A stretch of 64,000 nucleotides of DNA from Tubiluchus corallicola. Taxonomy: Eukaryota; Animalia; Priapulida. Positions 13,327 through 25,899 of this stretch are shown here, piece by piece. The notes under the pieces are model-generated. The model saw only the letters and a program-made list of their open reading frames with translations. It was not told where the DNA came from and searched no databases. The position numbers and the translations under genes are program-made. The number at the start of each line of letters is the position of its first letter. Position 1 is the stretch's first letter. The stretch spans positions 15,354-79,353 of the forward strand of contig JAQGDQ010000933.1 in the NCBI GenBank assembly GCA_030141605.1, given 5' to 3'.

Positions 13327-13766
13327 GTGTCAAAAGGATCGATGAGTTCTTTTTCTTGGTGTCGGGAGACATTGTGCAAGAAATTATCTACACATTAAAA
13401 CCTGAAAATCTACAATGTTCTACACATGGTGGCATATCAGCTGCACTGTGGCTGCACAAATTGGATAATATTACTTATTTAGCAGATAGGAGAGTGCATT
13501 TGGGATTTAGCAAATATTTGAAAAATCCCAGCGTTACAACTTGTGACGAAGTTATAGTTATGCATCACTCCTATCCAAAACTAGCAAAGAAATTGTGGGG
13601 CGTGGTAAATGCATCTCGTCAACTTCCTGAAAAAGATATTGACTTTTCTCACAAGTGTTCAGGTAGAGAAAATAATTTCACTATACAACAACCAGACAAT
13701 CCACCCGTTAACATCTACCATTTCCAAATTCTAACTGTAGTGTGGTACTTATTGTATCCCTTTTGA
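13327..13766 (+). CDS. GT31 gene exon 2 (may end at a donor at 13663 or read to the stop at 13766)
   Basis: Acceptor cttctttgcag|13327 joins exon 1 in frame: HCK-G-VKRIDEFFFLVSGDIV...ALWLH...VIVMHHSYP. Confidence 0.75.
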
Positions 13767-16603
13767 TCCATCCTATCTCTGCCATGCGCCCATTCCATGA
13801 TCCCATTCACGAATAGCTGATTGCTAATTGTTCCATAGTTATTTTTCTATAAGCAGCTGACATCTGCCTCCTTATTTTAGTTGTTTAATTCCAATTCTGC
13901 TAGATTCTCAAATGACATGCTACTATCGCGTTTTTTTCCTGTTTGTAGTTAAAAATGACTTAGACTTATTTGTTTATAAGTTTTTTAAATCTTGCAAATG
14001 GAAGTTCCTATTGTTTTTGCTCTTATTGTGCCAAAAGCTTATATGTTCATATATTCAAGTCTCTTCAAAAGAGTCAGTGAAATGAACAGGTTATCAAAAT
14101 ATAATTTGTAATGAAGTTGACGGAGTTCAACAAATAAATCCACAACTGTTAAACCGCCCATACCAAGATGAGCATCATATTATGTCTGAGCAACTGACTA
14201 GTAACATTCGCACTGTATCAAGTATTCTAAAATCTTAGAACCGAATCCTGTTGATTTGCCATGCAACTGTTTAGCAGAATTTCAACCATAACTAGATTGA
14301 TGCTTTCGTCGACATTACTTGCTTGCCCCACTAGCCAGTGCATTAAGAATTGTCTATTCAACACAGAGAAGTGCTTTATAGCTATAGGCATTCTGCTCAC
14401 AGCATCTAATGTCAAATTATGTGAACGTACCATTGAATTTCTTCAATCAATATGCATTGTCGTAAGTAGATTGTAACCAGAAATTAATAAAATAACCAGT
14501 TCAAGTTTTACTTTGTCTCGCTTTGGGTTATAGTTACTGTTAATTTGACAGACCTGGTATTTAGTGAAGCACAGAAGGATATTCTGGCATTGCGGCTCAA
14601 ATTTGTGTTTGGACTTTTGTGCTTCCCTGTTTTGGAGTTTTTTCGAATATTAGACATGGCATTTTTATTTTTTATTTCTATTTATTCATTAACATTTATA
14701 CATATATTAAAAGTAAGAAACAGCAGGTGTAAGAGGACTTGCACTGATTGCTTCTTGTATAAACTGCCGTAAATAAAAATGTAGTTTACTGTGCTACCTT
14801 CTTATAAAAAATCTCCAACAATATAATTGAGTAGCTTGTATCGTTTAATCTGAAAACAAATAAAATAATTTTATATAATTTTGCTCAATTTTACTGCGAA
14901 ATCTAAACCAAATTGATCTAATTAACTTTAACAAAGTTTTACGCAAATTATAAAATCTAATCTTTAGTCTTTTTAATAAACAAAGGTTCAAGATGTAAGA
15001 AATTAAGAAATCAACTTACATGGTGATCTTCTGTAAGTGTAATTATTAAATTATAACCACAAATCAATGACTGACGCTAAACAATTTGTCACTGCAGTGT
15101 GTGAACGCCTGAGTTACTCCAATCTACAGGTAAGTGCACAGGTAAGAGTCTGGTCACATGACCTGTTTATAAGGAAACCAGTTTATAACAGAAAAACAAA
15201 ACAAACCCATGTCCTGTTGCTGCAAAGTATGAAAACGCCCTATGCTGGTGTGAGAGATGTACGAAAAAGTACATGAGAATACATGTAGGAAAAATGAGTG
15301 AATACGAAAGAGATTGCATGAGAATAAAGTAGCGGTATATAGCAATAGATTTGTTTGTGCTGTTACGCATGCATATGCTGACGTATTAATTTGGAAATTG
15401 CGAGATCATGCACAGGCGAAGACGTTGTTAGGAAAGATGGAAAAGGCTGCTTCCTGCATGACGGAATATTTATTGCTTTTCTTAGAAACCTTTCATTTGA
15501 TATGCTACAAGCTAGTTCTGCTCGACACAGGAAGGCATTTGTCTCTCAACCCCTATTTCAACTCCTCAACTCCTCAATTTCAACTCCTCCTCTCCCTAGC
15601 GGGCTCGCGGACCAGCCATTCTCATTTTAACGTATGCATTCGATATGCCTTCATCGAGACCTTTCGTTTGATATACAACAAGGTACCATTGCTCAACACT
15701 CTAGTGGACTTTAGTTTCAGACCCACATTTTTTTGTTTTTGCCCCTTAACGGAAATTTTTCCTATATGCACTCGCACCATATATTATGATGTGCAAGGCC
15801 ATGACTCCACTTAGCAACACACCAAATATTATGGTCCTAGCTCAAAAACTGTTGAAGTAGATGGATCCTAAAAAAATAAATGAAGGCCCATGGAACTCGG
15901 ATCACACGTATACATATATAACTTTGCCTAGAGAGCTTACTCTGTGAGTTCTGTGTCCCTGGCACTCAGCGTGTAAAAAGTCACAATATTGGGACTCTTC
16001 AAATTTGGGAACCCAAGGAGTAGTTGAATCATGAAGGAAAAACTGACCAACCTTACGAGTTTAGTGACCGTAGCTTGCAAGACTTTCGAGATTTTAAGCG
16101 TTATAGTGACGGAGCATAAATAATAATAAATAAATAAATAATAACTGTGTGAAAAACAGTAACAGCTATGACAAAGTTAGAATACAACCTCGTGAGCCTA
16201 CACGCGTTTCATGTAGCTACTGCGTAATTGTCTAATGGACATTAGCTCAATGGATAATAATTTTACACCGTATAAAATAATTAGCCTATTACCTAATAGT
16301 CAGTACAAAATAAATAAAAAACAAGTCTTTTAATTTTCAAATTTTCTATTTTATAATTGTAATTACGACAATAAATTTTACTGTAAATGGTCACTGAAAG
16401 TACTTTGCTTGAAAGTTTGCTTCATAAAATGAATTATATTTGTTATTAAATTTTATTATATTTTTTCACCATTTCACGTTTTTGAAGATAAAAAAATCCA
16501 TTCCGAGATTTGCAACAACACTGTCTTGGTCAAGCAGAGTAGAAACTTTCAAAACCTTGCCTAGACTCAGAAAGACTTAAATTGAAAGATTAGAAAAGCC
16601 TAC

Positions 16604-17145
16604 CTAATTTGCCAATCTCTTCAGGTCGCCCTAATCCGGCCTGTCCAATGTACAAAGGTTTACTGCCATTAAGCGATCGCAGTAATTGCTCAAGTTTTTC
16701 AATATTAACGAAAGTGTCATCGTCAGCCTTCGTAAAACATTCAAATTCGTTAAGAAAATTGTCATGCATAAATTTCAGCATCAAAAAGGTTTTCTTGACA
16801 GCTGGATATTTGTCGTCATTTACGCCAAACAGAGGTGTTACAGGAATATTGGTCACTTTTGGTTTTTCAGCTCCAACGAAAAATTGTATTTCACCAGGCA
16901 CTTTATTACCCCATGACTGATAGACATTCACTGCTCGTGTTTCTAAAAAATCGCGTTTGGATAGGACACCAACATATAAAAGTTTTTTTGATACTCGTTT
17001 GTTCCATACATTTTTTCGCTGACTGAAATACATATGTTTCGTGTAGTTCAGACATTGAAAATGAATTTGTAACAACTGAAACAAAAAAACCACAATAAAA
17101 CCCAAAGAAAAATAAACATGCTGCTTTAAAAATTGACGGTTGCAT
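16604..17145 (-). pseudogene. Chondroitin sulfate synthase (CHSY1/3-like) first coding exon, GT31/Fringe-like GlcA-T half; one frameshift, no downstream exons found
   Basis: LLYVGVLS..FLETRAV..SWGNKVPG..YPAVKKTFLMLKFMHD..KADDDTFV..LRSLNGSKPLYIGQAGLG matches the CHSY1 N-terminus. The TM segment is in another frame (ATG 17145), with the shift most likely at the A7 run 16983-16989. Phase-1 donor at 16603. The frameshift could be a homopolymer assembly error. Confidence 0.8.
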
Positions 17146-17990
17146 TTTAGAAACTTCTCTTATTATCCATCCGTGCTTCACCAGTCAAGGTTTAGCGGCA
17201 CGGCACTCCGTATTTAATTTTCTTTGTAAACAGTTAGTTCAAGCTGATATTTCATTTTTAACATTATGCAAATAAACTATTCATAAATTGTTCAAACTGC
17301 ATATTAAGAATGCACCAAGCTCACAGCTATAAAATGATAATTAGCTATAGAACGAGGCACAGGAAAATAGCGTTGTAAACCGCACATAAAACCTTCTGCT
17401 TACATGGCTTTTAAATTTCTGGTCCAACGTAACTCTGCATTCTTGCTTTAGAACTTTACTTTTAGAACTACAGAACAATTAATGCATTTAACCTGCGACA
17501 CTATAACATTCTTTTAGGAATGTAATGGGTATTAAATTGACTGTATTGTGTAAATACAAGTTAAGACTACACATTAGATGTTTCGGGTAAATTCCGGAGA
17601 AAATTCCAAATATAGTGCGAAGTAAAACTAATAAAAACGTTTGCTTAATTTTTGACTACAGCACTTTAACTGGTTTGGTTTGATTTGTGTTTTTCTTTAC
17701 AATTTTAGACATTTTAGTTTTATAGACATCGTGTGGCTTAAAGAGCAAAATATATGGACACCTGGCAAAGATAACTTCCGTGTATTGTGATATGAGATTT
17801 CTTACCGTGTCTGAGGGCTTTTCACATCAGTAACTTACCCGTGTTTTAAGTTTTTTCCTCGGACACAGAATAGAAAAATCGGAAGCCTCCTGCGTGTAGC
17901 AAAACTGAGTCATTTGTTATGTGTTATAAAGTGCTGTTGTAACATTTTTGGGTATTTATTTCAGACAGGACAAGCCGGTTAAGGACAACA

Positions 17991-18501
17991 ATGTCGCACA
18001 AACAACGGAAGTCAAGCCATCATTCAATTCTTGTGTTCATGACTACCATATGTACCATTATTGGAGTAATATGCGGCCCACATATTATGAGACACTTTTC
18101 TTATTGCAGTAGGCAAGTAAAATTGCCTGTCGATACTCGTTATATGCAATTTGCAAAAAAGGAGTTGCTTTTTGTTTGTGTAATAGGTTCTATTACTGAT
18201 AAGACTAAAACTGCTGTAAAAGAAACATGGGGAAATTTTGCTGGCGGGACGGTCAAATTTTTTGGAGAAATGTTTTTTACAAGTTTGCAAGAAAATATTA
18301 CAAATTCGGCCAAACATCATTTATTACTGACATTGTATTATACAGCAACTCATCATGGTTCTGATTTTGAATGGTTTATGTTCGAAACCGATGATGTTTA
18401 TATTCGCGTGGACGAACTGGAAAAAATTATCAGGTCTATTGATAGCAGACTTATGGTACTTATTGAAAGTGGTTCTTATAATGTTACATTTCTAGATACA
18501 G
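17991..18501 (+). CDS. Divergent CHSY-like gene, exon 1 (TM plus degenerate GT31 domain)
   Basis: TM; LLFVCVIGS..AVKETWG..VKFF; FEWFMFETDDVYIRVDELEKIIRSIDS (compare CHSY YEWFMRADDDVYI..LRSLNS). Phase-1 donor GTAAAA at 18502. Confidence 0.72.
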
Positions 18502-19499
18502 GTAAAATTTTTTTGCTAATTAAATCGTTCGACAATTAATTCATGATTAATATAAAACAATTTTTATTACAGATGCCTGTCAGAAACAGACTGGTTTCGA
18601 CCACCTGCTTTTTTAAACTTGATTTCAGGTACACAAAAATTAAGGAAACTAATTTTTGCCATAAACCAGCAGAATGCTGCATAAAATGACCTCGGTTATT
18701 CATTCTGAAAGTCATGAAACTATGCTCAGTGCTAGTGGTTCAAGACAGTCGACTAGCTATTTCTAGTAGTAGGCTTTTTACGTGATTTAATTGCCCTGTA
18801 ATTGCCCATTTAATATCTATTGTTATGCTAATTAGTCTATTGTTTTTTAGGACTAATTAGTGCTAATTAGGGACCCTGCCCTGTTGGGTTAGGTACCTGC
18901 CCGGGGCTTAGGGACACCCAACCCACCCCTCTGCAACCGGCAATGAGAGAATTTTTTTTCTGGGACTCTGCCGATGCGCCTGTTCCGACAGTGAAATCTC
19001 CATGACTATTTCTCTAGCCGTATCTATACTATTTCTCTTCGGTACCAAACCCTCGTCAATCAGCAAAATCTTTTTTTTGTAATGGTCAACGAGGGAAATT
19101 TTTTTGGGGGACTCTGTCGAGGCGACAGTGAATTCTTCACGACCACTTCTCTTCTCTGTGACGGCGCCAACAGTGAATTCTCCACGACCACTTTTTTCTC
19201 GTGTCGTCAAACCCCCGTGTTTGTTGATAAATGAAAATTTAATTACTGTCTGTTTTTTTAAATGACATTTAATTATTGTCTGGTTTTATTTCAAACGCTT
19301 TTCGATAAATGCATTTTCGCAAATGTTTTTTATTCATAGCTTACAAAATTTTTTTTTACATTTTTTTGCAAAATACATACATACATTTTGACGTCGTAAA
19401 TTACATGAATTACTAAAACTAGATTAATGATGTCGCTATGGCAGAGTACATAGTTATTATCGTGATACAGGCAAACGTTATTACTGTTAAACATAAATT

Positions 19500-19973
19500 C
19501 GTTAAATTTGAGAAAAATAAAATTATTATGCTTCTAGTGTGAAAAATATTCAGAGTAATTTGTTCTTCGCATTTACAAGTTAGTTTGGGAAAGAGCTCCA
19601 CTTCGTAAAACACTTCTCTAAAAAAATGTGCCGATGGACGAACGAGTTCTTCATACAACGCATCCAGATTCAATCTGCAGTGAATTTTGGCTCTGGAGGT
19701 GATGGTGCAAACTGCGATCTCGACGGCCATCATCAGTCCGTGTCATTTCGAGAGTTCTTCGACCGCATTCCGTAGTTCTTTTTCCCGGGAAAAACCGTTA
19801 GTCACCAAGGAGCCGGAGGCAAAAATCAACAGTGTGCTGCAAAGTCGCTTTAGCAAAAACATTTGTGGTTTCCAATCGTAGCGTCTTCCGCCCGGTCTCC
19901 GCTGGAGTAATTTCAGATTAAGGCGCTGCGAGATTGAAATTGTGGCGACAATATTCACCGTTTGGATTGACAC
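19500..19973 (-). pseudogene. TATA-binding-protein-like pseudogene (intronless)
   Basis: Both TBP repeats recognisable: NIVATISISQRLNL..TLLIFASGSLVTNG and RLNLDAL..YEVELFPKL..TLNIFHT. The two halves are in the same frame, separated by one TGA at 19743-19745. C-terminus degenerate. Confidence 0.8.
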
Positions 19974-20005
19974 GTTAGAACATAGTTGGCAATTGTTTCA
20001 GATGC

Positions 20006-20427
20006 TCAAAACGCTCTGCCTCGCCCGGTGCTCTGCCAACGTATGGAGGGTGGCAGGCGCTCGCTTTCCAGATCCTCTACGTGTACAACTATGCAATTTT
20101 TGGGAAGATGTATTTTCGGGAAGAGGAAAATCTCCGCTCCCTTGACGTAGGTGATCCTGCCTCTGGTGGTCTGTCGTAGAATTTTCTTCAATTCCTCATA
20201 CTCGAGCATTCCTTTCTCCCACAAGATGCGCCATGTATGTGCCAGGTTAGGTAGTTGTAGGTGGATCGCTTGTACGGGGGAACGCGATTCCAGGGGTGGG
20301 GCGGTTTGAAGCTGTAGTTGTGATATATACCGGTCTCTAATTCGCGAATTACCAAATTTTTGACCTGGTATTCTTCTTTTCCACACTGGAAGGCATCTAT
20401 GGTGATAACTATGCTCGATTCAGACAT
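20006..20427 (-). pseudogene. DEDD/DnaQ-like protein of the type carried by invertebrate Polintons; frameshifted
   Basis: IDAFQ..YQVKNLVI..YSFKPPHPW..NYLTWHIHG, frameshift near 20230, then ILWEKGMLEY..YVKG..VEDL. Family recalled from motif pattern, not searched. Confidence 0.55.
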
Positions 20428-20499
20428 CTGTGACGATGGGGGTTCCTTCTACGCCGTCGACAACGAGTTTTCCTTCGATGACGATTTGCTTGTGATTGT

Positions 20500-20712
20500 T
20501 CACAAATTCCAGAGAATTGATTTTTTCGAAGGTGTATTTTTTATGACCTTGTTGGGGGCACTCTTGCGTGCGTTGGCGCGCTTGCCGCCCCGCGTCCCCT
20601 GTTGTTGTTGCTTGCGAGGAACAGTGGTTAGAGGTTGTTTGAAATCCTGCAGTGGTTGTTTATAATCCTGCAAGAGAATAAGAAGAACAATAGTTATAGT
20701 AGTGTTGTTCAC
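20500..20712 (-). CDS. Small basic protein of the viral-like insert
   Basis: K/R-rich C-terminus (GTRGGKRANARKS...SKKSILWNL), co-oriented with the neighbouring insert ORFs. Confidence 0.3.
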   Translation of the reverse strand: MNNTTITIVLLILLQDYKQPLQDFKQPLTTVPRKQQQQGTRGGKRANARKSAPNKVIKNTPSKKSILWNL

Positions 20713-22477
20713 TATCGACGTTGAGTTACATTACGTGCCATTCTTTCAGAATTTTCCTTGCTTTTTGGGGGGCAGAGGGCGCAGTGGGGGTGACAACATT
20801 CGAGCATTCAAAACAGTAGAAAAAATAATGAAGATTTACTCACCTGGTTGTGTTCATCTAAGGATGAAAGCGATGTCGACAAATCATGTGTCAGAGGAAA
20901 CACCATAGTATCATTTTCCATCATAATCATTTAGTGATGTTTTCTTCACTGACTAGAGAGAGATGTGCTCGCGTGCTATCTTTGTGCTGCCCAAGACAGT
21001 TGTGACAGCTGTGCAGGAATTACAGGTCTACATGAAATGATTCTATTAAAGAGTTACCTAAATAGAGTTGGAAGACTATTTCTGGCAAATAGACAAATAG
21101 CCCATTGAAGGGCATTTAAGCAGAATGTAAAATACTCGTATTATGACATACAGATTGCTCATTCATACATGACAATTGTGGGTTCACTCATTTATCTACT
21201 GACCGGGGCTGGTTCACGTAACCAAGGGTTATCGTAAAAACAGACACGTGCCTTGAGATACCCTTTTTGGCACTTTTCTCGACATTCGAGCTGAACATAC
21301 AAACAAAAGAAGGAATTCATCTAATTCATCAAGGAAATTCATCTAATTTCTAACTACGTGTAAGCTATGTTCAGTATAAACTACAACACCAAAATTTTAA
21401 TAGTTTGTAAATACTTTTACCCTAAATTTGTTTCCGGCTTTTATCCTTTTGATCTCGCAGAATGCCAGTGTTTGTCATGTAAATTTAATGTAAAATTTGT
21501 AGCGTACAAGTTGAATGTGTATTTAACTGTTTATCACCGGATGAGTGCCACCATCCTTGCACTCCTCTCTGGGACTTTTAAATTTTGTTGTTTACTACTT
21601 TAGAAAACAATATTGTCTGAAAAAATGCAGAATGTTACAAGTGGCTTTGGCAGCATTAACAATATCTCACAGTAACGAAATTACAGCAAGTGTCTGGGGG
21701 AAAAACTAACTTGGAACAAAAAATGAATCAAAATTACCAAATTTGCAAAGCAACGCAGAAAGATGCAGATACAAACGTGAAAACGCAAAATAACGTTAGT
21801 GTGCGAAATTTGGGATGCTTGGGAAAAACTTATCTTCATCAGTAATCAACGGACTTCAATAAAAGTAGCGCACGCCACACAAAATGGGTCTATGCATCAC
21901 AACGACCAATTTTGTAATTAAGATGCTAGTTAGAATTTTTTTGCAATTCAAAAATGTTGTTGGGTGAAAACTCATCAAGTCCCTTTTGAGTTTGTTTTGT
22001 CTCACATGTTCCAGGAATGGAATCACTATTTTCCAAATGTTTAGAAAAACATTGCAAAAGTTGTTGGCAAGATGAGATTTAGCAGATTAGTGACGAGGTC
22101 TATTTATGGAGCCGATCATGTAGTTTTACAGTAACATTACGTTATGTAATGGGCAGTACAATAGATTTGACGAAAGCAGAAATTATTGTAACAAGAACAT
22201 CGCGTTGGTCAATTGTCAAATCCAACCTTGTTGGTTAAAAAAACTCGATGTTACAAATAGTTTAGTGATCAGTTAACTCTTACATAAAGTTTGTGCTGTA
22301 GATTTAGTGCATATTAAACTACGCATAAAAAATGCTTTGTGCTGAATCGCCAATTATATATTTGACATCCGCAACTGTTTTTTCTGAATGCCTGTGGATA
22401 ACGAAGATCGTGCCAAGACGGCAATGATGCAACCTAGGTGTGTTGTCGAATATTGCTCCTGCGACGCTAAAATTATG

Positions 22478-22615
22478 TTATTTTTTAGATGTGTTATTTT
22501 CATCGCTATGTTCAAAATTTTGTGAAAATAGCTGAACCCCTGTCAGAATTAATAAAGAAAAGTGCTCTATATAACTAGTCCAGCTTAAAACGAAAATTGT
22601 CAGAAAACGAAGTTA
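22478..22615 (+). mobile_element. Highly degenerate Gypsy RT fragment
   Basis: Translates to YFHRYVQNFVKIAEPLSELIKK (Gypsy RT connection motif). Confidence 0.55.
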
Positions 22616-23705
22616 GCCGTCAAATTTGGGAATTCGTGCACGCTAGCTTACCATAGCTGCGAATAAAAAAAGAAAAATATATCTAAGCCCCAGTCCCAAC
22701 CAACAGATAACACGTCAGTGAAACGAATAACCTGCAGTCAAACTCACTGCAGTTATAGTAGACCTATATTTTCTGTTGTTGATAAAGCAGCTTGAATGTA
22801 GCTTATGTTACAATTAGACAAGTATCACAATTTTTCGCAAAATTCGCATGGCACAGGAATTCGCTAATATACACAATTTTACAAAACTGCGCCCAGCTTA
22901 TGCGCATCAGTCCAGCGTAATATCTCGGCACAGTAGAAGAAAATGTAACTGTGTAAGCAACGCTCTCTAAAACTGTATATCGTGCGATCTTAGCATTAGA
23001 AAGAGAATTAATGTTATTTTCTTTTTTTACTGATGATAGGTGATCTACAAGAAAGCATCTGCTGTATAATACAACCTGGCTTGATTGTGAGTTACACCTT
23101 TCTTTTGTTTTGTCGGTCAAGTTTGGAACGCTGTTTGCTAACTTTTGGTTCTGCACTGCCTTCTCAGATGCAAGAGAACTCTCATGTAGGTATAAGTTTT
23201 ATCACAAATATATTTTGTCTAATTTTACACAAAACTTACTTTGGGGAAGAAGACAAGTTTCTAACTCCACTGCTAATATAATTATATCGTGGGGGGGGCA
23301 AGTTTTTGTCAGTCAAGTATTCAGAAAGACACCTGTTGTTATTTTATGCAGCCAAAGGTGCCTTTTGTTCTAGCACCAGAATCAAACATCTGAACCATGT
23401 TTTTATGGCTTTAAAGTTTAGCCTTCAGAGGGCCTAAATAAATTTGCAAGTGTCTAGTAGATTTGGCAGCATTTAAGTAGCAGACTACCACAGACAGGTA
23501 ACTGACAGTGATAAACCTGTTAATTCTCTGGAAACTCGCCTTTTTTTGATTGCTGATAACTTTGCAACAACTTATTGCTTAGTATTCCGTGTAAGGAGAC
23601 TACAAGTTTTACTGGCTACATGCATGCCTCCCTCAGATTTCGATCTCTCTCTCTTCCCCCCCCCCCCACACACAAAACAGATAAATTAGTCCTTTTTCGT
23701 TACAG

Positions 23706-25153
23706 AGCTAAATCGATATGTGTTTCAGCTATATGAAGATGCGATGCTGCAGGAGTTATTGAAGAACAACTCTCCCTACGTATACCATCAAATCGTAGCA
23801 GACAAAAAAGAAATATTTCTTAAGCATAGAAAACATCGTTCGAGGTTGGAGCCAGAACAGCACTTATATCTCAGCCATATGCAAATAAACGAGTTGAGAG
23901 TAAAAGAATTATTCCACAAGAGCCGACAGTTAATTTGTGAGTCACGTGATGGAGAAGAAACCAACAATTCTTCGCTTCATTCTAAATCATACAGTCAGAA
24001 TGGATCTGACGTACCTCTTGTTAGCTTTTCAGAACTTTCCAATCTTTCTCGATGGGACTGCAGAAAAACTGCTGTGTGTTATGTCCAAAACAAACCATTA
24101 CATGAGCAATGCCGACGACATGACAAAAATTGCCAAAAACAACAACTATGCTGTTTTATTTACAAGCGATTGTTAGAAACACAAAGGAATATGATAGCGT
24201 TTTTCCTTTTGTGTAAACAGCTTAATCCAAAAAAAGGTATTTTCTACAATATGCGTGTGATATATGGCAAAGAATTTGTTACCGTTTCTAGATATTTCCA
24301 TGTAAACCACGTATTTTCTATTTTGGAATACACAGAGGACAGAGAAATTATTAAGAACCACGCCCTTAGAATTGGGGATCTGCAAAGAACGTCCACAAAG
24401 ACAGTAAACTTTGTTCTTCCTCTTTATGAGAGATATCACACTTTTCAAAAATTTCTGAAAATCTTTACAGTCATATGCTTAGAGAAGCAAGAGTCGGCAA
24501 CTTTGACTATTGTACATTTTCGTGATAACGTTTATCAGCGGAAAAAAATTTTTGATTTGGTTGCCAATCTCCAACATGCTTACCCAGATTTTAGAGTTAT
24601 GATTATCAATTCGAATTTGAAATTTTCACGTGGACTGGCTTTTGACATTGCTACAAAGTATTTTGAAGATAATGACTTGTTGTTTTTTGTGGATGTAGAC
24701 ATGGATTTTAGCAATACGTTTCTTACAAGAGCACGTTTATCTACTGTGCAGTATCAACAAGTTTATTTTCCAATTGTTTTTAAGGAATTTAAACTTCAGC
24801 CTAAAAATATTGCACGAGAAGGTGCATTATTGTTTGATAAAGAAGGATTCTGGAATGACTATGGATTTGGTATGGTGTGTTTGTATAAAAGTGATTATAA
24901 AACTGTAGGTGGTTTTAACCTCACAATTCAAGGATGGGGAAAGGAGGACGTCGATTTTTTTGAAAAAGTTGTTACAAGTAATTTAACAGCATTTCGAGCC
25001 CCAGATGTAGGGCTTGTGCATAAGTATCACAAGAAAGTGTGTGATCACAAACTCGACAGAAGGAGGCTAATTCATTGCAAGAATTCAATGTCAAATGCAA
25101 TAGGATCACAGTTGGTGTTATCTGAAATTGTTTTCAGTTTCAGGGAAATATAA
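23706..25153 (+). CDS. CHSY-like gene, terminal exon (GT7/CHGN GalNAc-transferase half)
   Basis: Acceptor ttcgttacag|23706 in phase 1, compatible with the 18501 donor. VNFVLPL..FSRGLAF..LLFFVDVDMDF..QVYFPIVF..GFWNDYGFGMVCLYKSD..VGGFNLTIQGWGKEDVDFF..HKYHKKVC. An intervening exon is possible. Confidence 0.9.
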
Positions 25154-25899
25154 GAAACATGCCAAAAACTATGGTACTAAAGATTGCTTCAATTCAAGAT
25201 TTCTAGCCAACGAGCTAACTCACTAGACTTGAACGCCCGGCTAGTATGTCATATGCAAATAGCTCGCCAGTAACTTAGTAACTTGCGAGAGTGTTCAGAC
25301 TAAGCAGCAAAGTTTGCTGCGGCCTGCTTTCCGAAAAGTACTGATTCTCTGCAAAACTCGTGGCAGAGCTTGTGATAGCTCATCAAATGTGACTGTAAAA
25401 AGAGAACCTGCATTTCACATTTCCTACATAATCCGTAGTTCTGGGCTAAGTTTTCTATTTAATTTACATAAAATTTACAATTTCGTTTAAAAAATTGTCC
25501 AAACCAATTTACATTAATGATTTAAAGCCATCTAAACCAATATAACATATTTCAGCGGGTGACACAAATTTATTTTTTTCATCCACTAACGCACCCTAAC
25601 AAAATATAATCACACTTAATAGTGTTGCAAACAATATCAACATAGCTTAAAAACGAAACAATCTATGAAACATTCGAAAACTAAATATATAATATTTAGA
25701 GCCCGTGGTGAAAATTTGCAATTAACAGGCAACATGAATGTTTTGTTGCAACAATTAATGAATTTTTGGACTGGCAATCGCACTAGATATGTATGGTGCA
25801 TATGTATAGTAATGGCGCTAGAAATTAAAAATAAATGTTTGTAAAAAAATCTGTGACTTATAACATATGATCTCATTGTACATATTAGCCTAAATCTAC

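Larger units (their letters stand above)
18765..20960 (-). mobile_element. Polinton/Maverick-like or large-DNA-virus-derived fragment inside the CHSY intron (boundaries approximate)
   Basis: Compact, intronless, same-strand ORFs (basic protein, DEDD-like protein, TBP-like), higher GC than the flanks, and an AGTAGT motif at 18765. Confidence 0.55.

Noticed and set aside
13780-14500. Possible ancient RT remnant on the minus strand
   Set aside because: Only faint KAF-like words; too degenerate to support.
15000-15480. Possible extra glycosyltransferase exon (GEDV, SMKTPY-like words)
   Set aside because: Multiple stops and frames, and no convincing alignment or splice-phase support.
15800-16140. 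Possible Helentron/MITE-type non-autonomous element
   Set aside because: The style is suggestive, but no termini, TSD or second copy were identifiable in the window.
18573-18628. AG/GT-bounded mini-exon candidate for the plus CHSY gene
   Set aside because: Contains an in-frame TAA when joined to exon 1.
19743-19745. TGA in the TBP-like ORF as selenocysteine or programmed readthrough
   Set aside because: The neighbouring insert ORF is also frameshifted and no SECIS is evident; simple decay (for example CGA>TGA) is more parsimonious.
21604-21845. Candidate middle CHSY exon (YC..., SKCL words)
   Set aside because: Needs several frameshifts and lacks GGPG/EDV; at best a degenerate remnant.
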